Shown: positions 19,055-28,563 of the stretch, piece after piece
How the letters are laid out: every line of letters starts with the position of its first letter
How positions within the stretch are numbered: the stretch's first letter is position 1
Translations under genes and position numbers: made by a program
Notes under the pieces: model-generated
Seen by the model: only the letters and a program-made list of their open reading frames with translations
The model's database searches: none
Told to the model about the DNA's origin: nothing
Virus record (IMG/VR): IMGVR_UViG_3300009701_000004
Location: 27,376 to 91,375 of that record
Length of the DNA stretch: 64,000 nucleotides
Strand: one strand, 5' to 3'
Source of the DNA: a virus

Positions 19055-20233
19055 TTAACCTATGGTAATAGGAGTATTTTCTTTAATCTTACCTTCTTTA
19101 AGAGCTTCTAAAGCTTCTTCCTCGGTTTTAAAATTAACAACTTTTTGGGATTCGTCAGGCTCTGTCATGTACATACTGCCTATAATAGCTTCGTGACCCG
19201 GGGAAACGATAGAATTATTTAAACCCTTTCGATAATCGTGTATATGGTGCATAGGCAGAAGTTTAGTCTTAGCCTCCTCTACCGCTTCGGGTGTCATAGG
19301 AACCTGTGTAGTCAAAGCGTCACCGTCGTAGTCACCAGCATACATGGGTAAGTGTAACGGATTGAGGCCAATAGTGTTACCCTTGATAGGTACTGGATAG
19401 TGGGCAGTAATATTGGTCCTCATCAAGGTTGGGGCCCGGTTTAACAGGATAGGAATCTGCTTAATAACCTTGTTGAAGGAAGCTTGGGCTGACGGGTTAC
19501 GGTCTGCAACTGCTTTTTTAGCTGAAACATAGTCAAAGCCACTTTTAACCAAATCCCGCAGAATATGAAATTCGTACATACTCCACAGCATGTCAATAGG
19601 GATTGCAGCTTCATTAAATCCCAGATTGGGTTCGGCGTAAATCGTCCCGCGCCCAGAGAAATCTAATTTCTTACTTAGGAGCTTAGAGTGGAAGAATCCC
19701 CCCTTTGGTCCAAGGTTACCCCCTACCTGCTTGATATAGCCCTTTAGAGACGCTCCGCGGCTTGACCCCGCTATGGCATCACCCAGCCCGAAAATCGCCT
19801 TAGCGCCGTTATAGAGGGCTCTACGCTCGCTTATAAGTTGACTGGCAGGGAGGTATTGGATATTGTCTTTGAAGGGTTGGTTGACCAACATGTGGTCTTT
19901 GTATAGATTATTTACGTCAGCATACTTCACACTTTGGTTCCCCATAACGGTAACCGGGCGGGTTATAGGAGGGGCTACGGGCATATTGTGGATAACATAC
20001 GCCTCTTGAGGTTCAAGACCGCTTTTCTCCAATCCCGCCAAGAATTTTAATCGCTTTATTAAAGCATCTTTTTTGGAAGGAGATTTAGTAGCTTGAATCT
20101 CTTTTTTTAGACTCTCTATCTGTTTAGGTACTTTAACCTCTCCTAAGAGTTGTTCAAAGGCAGGTCCTCCCACAACTAAGGAATCGAGGGAGTCCGGGTT
20201 TATATCAGGTATTTTCTCTTTAGTATTTGCCAT
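19055..20233 (-). CDS. rpoC: DNA-directed RNA polymerase beta' subunit, catalytic middle piece
   Basis: PVAPPITRP, KGGFFHSKLLSKKLDFSGRGTI, LLNRAPTL, GLNPL, YAGDYDGD (Mg-binding DxDGD). Confidence 0.95.
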   Translation of the reverse strand: MANTKEKIPDINPDSLDSLVVGGPAFEQLLGEVKVPKQIESLKKEIQATKSPSKKDALIKRLKFLAGLEKSGLEPQEAYVIHNMPVAPPITRPVTVMGNQSVKYADVNNLYKDHMLVNQPFKDNIQYLPASQLISERRALYNGAKAIFGLGDAIAGSSRGASLKGYIKQVGGNLGPKGGFFHSKLLSKKLDFSGRGTIYAEPNLGFNEAAIPIDMLWSMYEFHILRDLVKSGFDYVSAKKAVADRNPSAQASFNKVIKQIPILLNRAPTLMRTNITAHYPVPIKGNTIGLNPLHLPMYAGDYDGDALTTQVPMTPEAVEEAKTKLLPMHHIHDYRKGLNNSIVSPGHEAIIGSMYMTEPDESQKVVNFKTEEEALEALKEGKIKENTPITIG

Positions 20234-20239
20234 AAAGAT

Positions 20240-20245
20240 ATTTTA
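20240..20245 (-). promoter_or_regulatory. TAAAAT -10 element 6 nt upstream of the ATG (probable leaderless transcript)
   Basis: Minus strand reads GCTAAAAT-ATCTTT-ATG, directly after a terminator. Confidence 0.6.
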
Positions 20246-20259
20246 GCATTCATATAAAG

Positions 20260-20286
20260 AAAAAGCCACGTTTATACGTGGCTCTA
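20260..20286 (-). terminator. Intrinsic terminator separating the fibre genes from the rpoC middle piece
   Basis: Minus strand reads AGAGCCACGT-ATAA-ACGTGGCT-TTTT. Confidence 0.7.
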
Positions 20287-20309
20287 AACTTATAAGGTTT
20301 AACTACCTA

Positions 20310-21113
20310 TTATTGTTCGTCAATATTGATCAAGAAATCAATCTTAGCAGAGGTAACGATATTGGTAGATGCACTCCCCGTGAAACTTACCTTCAATCCA
20401 CCGTTGGTCGCGTCCGCCGTTACTGCCAATGCCCATGCCGAAGCGCCAGAATCCTGAGCCACCATAGTCGGAGATACCGCAGCAACCATTGCAGTGGCAG
20501 CAGCATTTGCACCACGTTTGATAGCACCTGTAAATGTCCAATAGCTAGTATTACCAGTTAAAGTATCACGGGCAATAACTTTACCTGCAAAACCTGCCGA
20601 AGAGTTATTAGGCAAAATCAATTGATTGTTAAGACCTGCAGCATTACCATCCAAAGTTAAAACCTTAGCAGTAGCATTAGTAGTAAGGCCAGTCAACATA
20701 TAAGACTGGTTCGATTGAGGAAACAAACCGTAATACCCCAAAGAGTAGTACCCCAGGCCAGACCAGGTAGTACGACCGTCACCAATCTTGACATTGAAAG
20801 TATCTGTTTCCAGACCAATTTGACCAACAGCCAGAGTAAAAGAAGCTCCAACGGAAGTCCAACCAGCGGCAGTATTTTCCAATACTTGGATACGTGTTGG
20901 TAGAGCATTTTTGGTAACAACGACATCCGCCAGAGACCAACCGGTGATAGTCAAAGTACCATTAGATAAAGCAGAATAAACGTTAGCAAAGCTAATCAGC
21001 GACGCTGGCAATGTGATTGAACTGGACGGGGCAATATTATACACATCCCCGTTAATATCATTAACGGTCATCGCGGCTGTAGAGCTTAAGTTGTTAAGGG
21101 TTGCAATTTGCAT
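20310..21113 (-). CDS. Virion fibre protein with shared N-terminal anchor and an Mtd_N/hyaluronidase-N-like segment
   Basis: IQVLENTAAGW...GQIGLETDTFNVKIGDGRTTWSGLGY is a common fibre module. Confidence 0.65.
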   Translation of the reverse strand: MQIATLNNLSSTAAMTVNDINGDVYNIAPSSSITLPASLISFANVYSALSNGTLTITGWSLADVVVTKNALPTRIQVLENTAAGWTSVGASFTLAVGQIGLETDTFNVKIGDGRTTWSGLGYYSLGYYGLFPQSNQSYMLTGLTTNATAKVLTLDGNAAGLNNQLILPNNSSAGFAGKVIARDTLTGNTSYWTFTGAIKRGANAAATAMVAAVSPTMVAQDSGASAWALAVTADATNGGLKVSFTGSASTNIVTSAKIDFLINIDEQ

Positions 21114-21217
21114 TTGAATTCCTATAAAGGGTTATTTTATTACCATTACTACCGTATCACCTCAAGGGACTACGATAGGAAAAAATCTTTGTATGTCTAT
21201 ATTTTAACGTATAGATA

Positions 21218-21649
21218 CTACGAGAAGAACAGCTTAACAGTACAGTACTGTTCCAACACCGTTGGAGGAGTTGAAAGTATAGTAGTTATTAATTCCGTTG
21301 TTACTGCTGTTACTGGAACGCTAATAGTCCCTAGTCCAGGAGTTGCAGCCCCGTTGATATACGAAAGAGCTGCTATAGTTTCAGGGCTAGAAAGGTCTAT
21401 CCAATTTCTCACCATCATATTTCTTAAGAGTGCATGTAAAGTAGCATCTGGATTGGATAGAACCCCTAACCACGCTGGCCCAAACCTGTCTATAAAAGAC
21501 CCCTTATCTATAAACCAAGTATAGTCTATAGTAGATGTCGAATTTGCAGGAGGAGTGTCTACGATAGTTATAACTTGATCCTGACCATTGTTACCCCCCT
21601 GAGAGGCAGTTCCTTGGGCTTTCACACCCTCTATGTTAATTATCGTCAT
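21218..21649 (-). CDS. Putative tail-fibre-associated/chaperone protein
   Basis: Directly downstream of fibre genes; WFIDKGSFIDRFG...WIDL pattern. Confidence 0.45.
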   Translation of the reverse strand: MTIINIEGVKAQGTASQGGNNGQDQVITIVDTPPANSTSTIDYTWFIDKGSFIDRFGPAWLGVLSNPDATLHALLRNMMVRNWIDLSSPETIAALSYINGAATPGLGTISVPVTAVTTELITTILSTPPTVLEQYCTVKLFFS

Positions 21650-24258
21650 TATCTAACCTTTACAAAGTAATTTGCAGTGCCAGCGGGGATGAATACCGCA
21701 GGAACTGGAGTAGGATTTACCGATGTTACCGTATATTGAGTAGTATAAGTATTGGCAAGTCCCGTAGGAGTATAATCCGACCCTATATACAGATAAACTG
21801 GAGATATTGTAAATGTTCCATTATTCGGGGTAAGCATCAATGCGTTTCTAGAAGTAGTATTAGCTGCTAAAGCATCGGCTAAAAAATAAGACCCATTATT
21901 AGATACTACCCTACGTAATCCTGGGGGAGTTCCCCAAGGGACATTAACAGGGGATATGCCTGTTAATGTGATGTTAGAAACTACATATCCGTTTACGATC
22001 AACTGTAGTGGGCCATAAGGATTTAACTTCCAAACATTTAAAACTAAATTTGAACCGCTAGTATATAGAACGGCCAAGTAAGAAGATCCATTGTATACTA
22101 TTTCCCAGAGGCCGAAATATGGGGAACTAGTAGATATTAAAGTTACCGCAGTATTGCCAGTAGCTATTTGAACATAATAGCTGCTAGTGGATTCTACCCC
22201 GGTAGCTAGTACCATCCCATTACTTAATACATCTACTGAGGTAACAGCCCCATATCTACCCGCCCCACCGCATGCAAAACTAATTAGAGGGGAAGGGGTT
22301 CCTGTCAACGTAGTATTTGTGTTTACTACCCCTGAATACGTAGTTACTGAAGAGTCGAGGGCAATGCAGGGAGAAGCGTAAACGTATGCATTATATAAAC
22401 TACTCCACTTAGGAATGCTAGGAGCAGATCCTGGCAAATTAGTAGTTCCAGAACTATAAGATCCACTTGAACCAGCACTACTTGCTGAGCTAGGCAAATT
22501 ACCAACATAAGTTAAACTGGTCCCGTTAAAACTAAAAATAGGAGTAAAGTTAAAAGAGAAGTTGTTTATAGCAGACCACACATATCCGACCCAATTAATA
22601 GCCGTACCTGTAGAATTAAGTCTGCCCGCGCTTATTGCCATCATATTGGTTCCGCTTCCACTGACATTACACGCTATTGCCGAAGTAGTAGCAGAAAGTA
22701 CGGCAGGAACTGGGCAAGAAAATGTGGTGAAAGACGAGTTTATTTTGAACAGATACATGGCCATCTGGTTCCATCCTCCGCCAGTATATTGAACCATTAT
22801 ACTAGCAGCAGCGTAATACGACCCTCCTAGATAGGATACTCCTCCCCATACTTGAGATTGAGGAAGTGTTGTCGAATAGTAAGTATTAGTATTGGGGAAT
22901 TGCAAACTCGTTGTAATACCCGTGGTACAAGTTGCCCCGCTGCTTACAATTAACCATCCATTGGATCTCGCGGTACTTCCTAACAGTATATTGCTAATTT
23001 GGTTAGCGTATATTGTTATCAAATTACCGTTTAACCAAATAGATTTAGCAGTGCCCAGATTGGTGCTTAAAGCATCCACAAACTCAATTTGTGCAGAAGT
23101 CATAATGTTGCTACTTGCAGTGTTATAACTGGCACCGTAATAGAAATTATGAGTTATGCCTGAACTGGTGAAAAGGATACCTACATTAGTGCCGGTATCT
23201 ACGATATCTATATTGCTGCTCTGGGCATTAACCGAGGTATTTGTTGCAGCACCACTGTAGTAATTAGTCCACGCTGCTGTAGCCAAAGTACCTGTGGTAC
23301 TCACAACTGTATACGCCCCTGTAGTTGAAGTATTGGTAGCGGTAACTGCTAGGTAGTACAAGCCTGTGCGGGCAGAGTAAAATACCTGCTTAATAATGGC
23401 ACTTGTCAACCCAGTAGTTGAAGTAGTTGCAGTAAAGGAAGTGCCGTTATTAGTACTTTTTAAGGTAGTATCATTAGAACATCCAACCAATATCTCAGTA
23501 GATGCTCCTGAACCCGCCCCTTGACAAATACTTGTAGCAGGTGCTGCTGCGGAAGTATTCTCTATAACCGTAGTCCACGAAGTTAGATTAGAAGATGAAC
23601 TTATCCTGTAACCTGTTCCGGTAGTACTCCCACCGATTGCGTACCAAATTGAGTTGAGATAAGTAAGCTTCCTGTATCCATTAACAACTGAAAGATTAGG
23701 CAAATAATAATAGGTAAGTCCAGCAAAAGTATTTAAGTTAGTTACAGATATAATAGTTCCATTGGCTTCAAGGAAATACCACGCACCAGTTGTAGAATTA
23801 TAGTATACGTCTGCTATGACCAGCCCTGCGCAGGGGGTTATTTGAACAAACGGGGTATAATTAACTAAGTCAGTTGTACTAATAAAACCTATAGTATTGT
23901 TAACATCATTTGCGCTAAAAAAGTAATAGGTAGATCCTACGTACAACCCCCTAGTACTCATGTATAGTGCAGGATTAGTAGTAGGTATTAATCCCGAATA
24001 GTTTCCAGAAGTAACGACATTTGCCGCCATTTGAAAAGGCAGTAAATTAGTCTGTGTAGAGGTCATTATCAAGTCATTTGTCGTTGCCGCCAACACAGGA
24101 TTACAACTAGAAGCCGGAATTATAGTCGGAGTGGTAGAATTTACATATAATTCGTTAGACGAAGTAGTAAAAGAACTTTGTGTAGACAAAGCTGGCATAG
24201 GAATAGATGCACCTACCGGATAGCTTCCCCCGCCCAAAAATTGTGATATATTGCTCAT
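21649..24258 (-). CDS. Beta-rich (propeller-like) receptor-binding/tail protein
   Basis: 869 aa, Ser/Thr/Tyr-rich; BNR-like SxNxGxSF/SSNLTSW repeats; coupled to the fibre gene. Confidence 0.6.
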   Translation of the reverse strand: MSNISQFLGGGSYPVGASIPMPALSTQSSFTTSSNELYVNSTTPTIIPASSCNPVLAATTNDLIMTSTQTNLLPFQMAANVVTSGNYSGLIPTTNPALYMSTRGLYVGSTYYFFSANDVNNTIGFISTTDLVNYTPFVQITPCAGLVIADVYYNSTTGAWYFLEANGTIISVTNLNTFAGLTYYYLPNLSVVNGYRKLTYLNSIWYAIGGSTTGTGYRISSSSNLTSWTTVIENTSAAAPATSICQGAGSGASTEILVGCSNDTTLKSTNNGTSFTATTSTTGLTSAIIKQVFYSARTGLYYLAVTATNTSTTGAYTVVSTTGTLATAAWTNYYSGAATNTSVNAQSSNIDIVDTGTNVGILFTSSGITHNFYYGASYNTASSNIMTSAQIEFVDALSTNLGTAKSIWLNGNLITIYANQISNILLGSTARSNGWLIVSSGATCTTGITTSLQFPNTNTYYSTTLPQSQVWGGVSYLGGSYYAAASIMVQYTGGGWNQMAMYLFKINSSFTTFSCPVPAVLSATTSAIACNVSGSGTNMMAISAGRLNSTGTAINWVGYVWSAINNFSFNFTPIFSFNGTSLTYVGNLPSSASSAGSSGSYSSGTTNLPGSAPSIPKWSSLYNAYVYASPCIALDSSVTTYSGVVNTNTTLTGTPSPLISFACGGAGRYGAVTSVDVLSNGMVLATGVESTSSYYVQIATGNTAVTLISTSSPYFGLWEIVYNGSSYLAVLYTSGSNLVLNVWKLNPYGPLQLIVNGYVVSNITLTGISPVNVPWGTPPGLRRVVSNNGSYFLADALAANTTSRNALMLTPNNGTFTISPVYLYIGSDYTPTGLANTYTTQYTVTSVNPTPVPAVFIPAGTANYFVKVR

Positions 24259-24259
24259 A

Positions 24260-27160
24260 TTATGTTATTTTCCATCCTTGAATCGAATCTATGTAAGTCA
24301 TTCTAAAAGTTATGTCGTTGACTCCTACGGTCATACTTTGTGCCAAGCCCATTATGTTACTACCATTATTGCCCACAGTCAAATTGTTAGTACTGAAAGT
24401 TCCTGCATAATCGCAAATATCCACCCATTGGTTAGTGGTAGGATTCGCTGGTAAGTTAAGAACAATTGGGCTAGAAGTAGTATTTACCATATACCCGGTC
24501 CACGCACTTGCCGTAGTATTAGCGGTAATTACGCTCCAAGCAGTAATAGGGGAAATGCCTTGAGTAATTAAATCATTGGACGCTATTAAAACGTTAGTAC
24601 CATCGCAGATTAAATCCAGGGTTTTGCCCTGAGTAATTGTAACCCCAGAACCGCCTGTTGGTGCTAATGTTAAGGTGTACGCTCCCGAAGTAAAGTTTTC
24701 AACTGTGAATGCCTTGGAGGTAGCCGGTATAGTTACAATTATATTACCTGTCAACGCCCCTGTAAATGTTAATATTCTAGGTCTGATCTGAGGGGTCGTC
24801 AAAGTAACATTAGAATTACCTGCAACATTAATGGTAGTTTGTCCATTAATAAAAATGTTGGCCCCGTATGGGGTCAAAGCATCCATTATAGCTATCCAGG
24901 ACGATCCTCCATTAACTAGGATTAGGCTTTCCCCGGTAACTAGAATATAGGTACTAAGATTTACTCCGTTTGCACTTGTAATAGTGTCAGAGCCATTAGA
25001 TATAACACTACCTCCGTAGTTACCCCCCATTATGGAAACTGTTGATCCTATGGGGCAACTAGCCAAAGGTGGTAAAGTTAAAGTTAGGCTAGCAGCATAA
25101 AATAAAAACCAGTTATTCATCTGAGTAACATTAATGCTGGCGGAAGCCGTAACAATTTGACCCGCGGTTCCTGGAAGAGAGAAGCCGTTATTTTTAACAA
25201 AAGCAGTTGTAGCTAATCTTGTGGAATTATCAAATTGAGCAGGAGTAGTCCAATTAGGCCCGCTAAATACAGAAGTATACGGGAGTGCGGCACTACCTCC
25301 AGAAGCAGTCCAGAGATTACTAGTAGTTTGAGCAGTAATTATAAGCTCATCATACTTGTTTAGCACCAATATATTGCTACCTATAACTGTGTTATCACTA
25401 CCTGCACATTGTAAAGTTAATGCATACGGCGTCAGATTTTGAATGATCATATTTTCACCACCGCTCATAGTAGATATAAGAGGTAATGTAAATGTAGCAG
25501 GGGCAGTTCCAGTGTAAGTAATCAAATACCCGGTTTGAGCTGCGGTAAGAGTTTGTGAAGAAGTGTAGGTAACTTGTCCTGCAAAATTACCTGCGCCAAC
25601 TGCAATTCCGGCTTGGGCAACAATACCCCAATAAGTTGCATTAGGAGGTACTTGATTTGTGTTGGGGGAAATACAAATATAGCTTGAGCCATTCAACGCA
25701 ACTTCATCGTTTAAGTTATACGCTGTAGAACTGGACCAATTACCTTTCCATTGATTCCAACCCGATCCTGGAACTCCGGCCAGCGCTAATTGCCAACTAG
25801 CATATGTACCTGAACCCCCTGTAGAAACTACGTTTACAGTCATAGCTCCGGTCGTGGAGTTATACGAAGAAACATTGCCCGTCATATAATTGGCGTTATT
25901 GACCGTACTGGCGATGATAACCCATTGAGGGGCTGAAAATTGAAGGCCAGTCTGAGTGGTAAAAGATCTAGTTCCCGCACCGATAGTTAAGCTAGTCGTG
26001 CTGGTTCCATTGTAAGTAGTGCCTGAAGCACTTAATGCAGCAGCGGCAGCAGACGCGGCAGCAGCGGCAGCACTCGCCCCGGCAGCAGCATTATTAACCA
26101 TTAAATACCAATACCCATTTGCAATATCAACAGATAAAGTACCGGAAGTATGTGGAACTAAGCATTGATAGATATTGCCTGTGCCTGCAAAGTCTTTTAC
26201 TGTATCATTTAAATTGTAAACAGTAGCAGTGGTCCAGTTACCTCTATTATCGATACCCTGAGTCATCAGGCTCCAGTAGGCATTATTAGGAGGAGGCTCA
26301 TTAGTGTTTGTAGCTATACATAACCAAGCAGAACCGTTGTAGTTTACTCCAGTAAACGGTTGGTAAGTGGTCATGCTTGACCACGCCCCGTCCCAGTTCC
26401 AGCTTGTACCAACGAGTCCCGAAAGGGCAATACTCCAAGTAGAAATAGAACCGCTACCCCCGTATTGAGATACATTAACTGTCAATAGTCCACTACTAGG
26501 TTGATAAGAAGTTACTTGGCCAAACATGTAGTTTGTGGAATTAGCAGTATCTGCAATAATAACGTACTGCGGATACGCATACAGCATGTTCGTCTGGGTC
26601 GTTAAAGAAACGCTGCCAGTATGAGGAGTAAGAGTGGTGGTACTCGTACCCGTTACAGAAGTAAGAGATGCAGCGGCTTCGGCTTGAGCAGCACTTGCAG
26701 CAGCTTGAGAAGCACTAACGGCGGCTAAAACCCCATTAGAAGATACGACTGCGGCACTACTTACGATACCAGTATTACCTACCAATTGCCAGTAAGTATT
26801 ATTACCTGGAGAAGTAGGGGGGGATTGGTTAGTATTTGCGACTAAACAGATGTAGGTGTAGCCATCGAAATTGACTACATCATTAACCACATAAGCCCAA
26901 TTATTAACCCATGTACCTTTATACTGATTCCAGCCTGGGCCAGCAATAAGAGAGGCTAGAACATTATCATAGTCCCCTTCAGTATTAATCCAGTAAATGC
27001 AATTAACCTCCCCGTTGGCTACAAGAGGATTTAATGTCGAAGTTTGTATATTAGTATTGGCGATGAGCAACGTACCGCCATTAGCAGGGATTGAAAAGGT
27101 CTGACCCTGAGTACTTAAAATGCTTACAGGATAACTGGAGGTATTGGTGATAAAGGCCAT
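24260..27160 (-). CDS. Long modular tail fibre protein
   Basis: Four (K/D/R)GxW...Y..ND.V...Y.C repeats (CBM5/12-like); two GTSTT(T/S)LT repeats; Ala-rich linkers; TPAQFDNSTRLATTAFV fibre motif. Confidence 0.8.
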   Translation of the reverse strand: MAFITNTSSYPVSILSTQGQTFSIPANGGTLLIANTNIQTSTLNPLVANGEVNCIYWINTEGDYDNVLASLIAGPGWNQYKGTWVNNWAYVVNDVVNFDGYTYICLVANTNQSPPTSPGNNTYWQLVGNTGIVSSAAVVSSNGVLAAVSASQAAASAAQAEAAASLTSVTGTSTTTLTPHTGSVSLTTQTNMLYAYPQYVIIADTANSTNYMFGQVTSYQPSSGLLTVNVSQYGGSGSISTWSIALSGLVGTSWNWDGAWSSMTTYQPFTGVNYNGSAWLCIATNTNEPPPNNAYWSLMTQGIDNRGNWTTATVYNLNDTVKDFAGTGNIYQCLVPHTSGTLSVDIANGYWYLMVNNAAAGASAAAAAASAAAAALSASGTTYNGTSTTSLTIGAGTRSFTTQTGLQFSAPQWVIIASTVNNANYMTGNVSSYNSTTGAMTVNVVSTGGSGTYASWQLALAGVPGSGWNQWKGNWSSSTAYNLNDEVALNGSSYICISPNTNQVPPNATYWGIVAQAGIAVGAGNFAGQVTYTSSQTLTAAQTGYLITYTGTAPATFTLPLISTMSGGENMIIQNLTPYALTLQCAGSDNTVIGSNILVLNKYDELIITAQTTSNLWTASGGSAALPYTSVFSGPNWTTPAQFDNSTRLATTAFVKNNGFSLPGTAGQIVTASASINVTQMNNWFLFYAASLTLTLPPLASCPIGSTVSIMGGNYGGSVISNGSDTITSANGVNLSTYILVTGESLILVNGGSSWIAIMDALTPYGANIFINGQTTINVAGNSNVTLTTPQIRPRILTFTGALTGNIIVTIPATSKAFTVENFTSGAYTLTLAPTGGSGVTITQGKTLDLICDGTNVLIASNDLITQGISPITAWSVITANTTASAWTGYMVNTTSSPIVLNLPANPTTNQWVDICDYAGTFSTNNLTVGNNGSNIMGLAQSMTVGVNDITFRMTYIDSIQGWKIT

Positions 27161-27222
27161 GTTTAGTTTTGATTAAGTATCTATGAGCTTATTTTAGCCG
27201 ATTAATCAAAACCTACAAAGAC

Positions 27223-28563
27223 TTAGAACTCTTCAAAACGGTCTTTAGGAGGAATAGTTACTATGTAATTGAAGTAATCCATGAAGCGGGCGGGATTACG
27301 CGGGGCTCCGTCAAAACCTATAGTTAGGAAAACAAAAGAAGTGTAATCTGTACCCGCATCAACGTCGGGGATATTTCCATAATAAGCTATTCCTGCGCTA
27401 GAAATATCAGAAGATGATATTGTTTCTAACAAGGATGCTGGTATAGGCTGGTAGGTGTATTCCTGATCCGATGAAGAACTGGAGTCAGAAATCATAATGA
27501 TATTACTACTACCTGAAGCAGTTATAGAAGATATTACGGAATTTATATCCGTAACTGATAGATTGGCAAAAGTAACTTGTGCGGAGACATCGCTACTCAT
27601 GGAAGTGTCCACAGATATTGCAGTATTAGATAGCGATATTTGATTGGAATCAGAACTTGCACCAGCATCAGAGCTATTCAAATAATATATAACGGTATTA
27701 TATCCATTATCGGAAACCCCATTATTATCAAAAGCAAAATAGATAATAGAAGAACTTGAAGAATATCCATCCGTAACAGTTATAGAATCCGATAATAATT
27801 CACTTGACTGCATTGAACCTATAGATGTATCAGAACTAGAATCGGTATCAGTAGCATTTACCAATATAGTATTTGCAACTGCCGATTCTGAATCGCTAAC
27901 AGAATCATTGTCAGTATCAAATATGACGAATTGAGGGACGTCTGTAATGGAGTCGCTAGAAGCATTGCTATCCGTATTTGAAACTGTAGTAGTTGTAGTA
28001 TTAATATCTGAAGACGCATCTGAATCTGTCAAATTAGCAGTAGAACTTCCAGTACCTAGAGAAATACTGTCAGCAGAAGCATCGGTTTCTATAACTGAAA
28101 TAGAAGAGGCCATGCCATCGGTAATGGAATCCCCACCAGCATTAGTGTCAGTTAAAGATTTTGGTACGGCCATGGACTCAGTCAGGGAATCGCTGCTTGC
28201 ATCGCTATCAGTACCGGAATTGATATAGGCTAATTGATTTGAGTTGGAATCGCTACTCGCATTAGTATCGGTGGAAGAACTAATAGAAGCCATAGCTTCA
28301 CTAAAAGAATCAGAACTTGCACCGGTATCTGTTTGAGTTAATAGCGCAGCCAAGGTTTGAGATAGAGAATCAGAAGACGCTCCAGTATCCGTATTAGATA
28401 GCAAATATCCCAATATAAACGTAGTTGCATCTGAGCTAGAATCTGTGTCCGTAATAGACGCCATAAAAGTCCCTGGTGGAGTAGGGACAAAATTAAACCA
28501 TGTAACAGTAACGTCTGTTATATACGGTTTAAAATTAAGCCAGGTTACAACTACGTCTGACAT
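27223..28563 (-). CDS. Ser/Asp/Thr-rich repeat virion protein
   Basis: Many ~19-aa repeats built on TD(T/S)xASSDS. Confidence 0.6.
   Translation of the reverse strand: MSDVVVTWLNFKPYITDVTVTWFNFVPTPPGTFMASITDTDSSSDATTFILGYLLSNTDTGASSDSLSQTLAALLTQTDTGASSDSFSEAMASISSSTDTNASSDSNSNQLAYINSGTDSDASSDSLTESMAVPKSLTDTNAGGDSITDGMASSISVIETDASADSISLGTGSSTANLTDSDASSDINTTTTTVSNTDSNASSDSITDVPQFVIFDTDNDSVSDSESAVANTILVNATDTDSSSDTSIGSMQSSELLSDSITVTDGYSSSSSIIYFAFDNNGVSDNGYNTVIYYLNSSDAGASSDSNQISLSNTAISVDTSMSSDVSAQVTFANLSVTDINSVISSITASGSSNIIMISDSSSSSDQEYTYQPIPASLLETISSSDISSAGIAYYGNIPDVDAGTDYTSFVFLTIGFDGAPRNPARFMDYFNYIVTIPPKDRFEEF

Noticed and set aside
20310-21113. Mtd-like segment suggesting a diversity-generating retroelement
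   Set aside because: Only the common N-terminal fibre module is present; no reverse transcriptase or template/variable repeat pair seen in the window.
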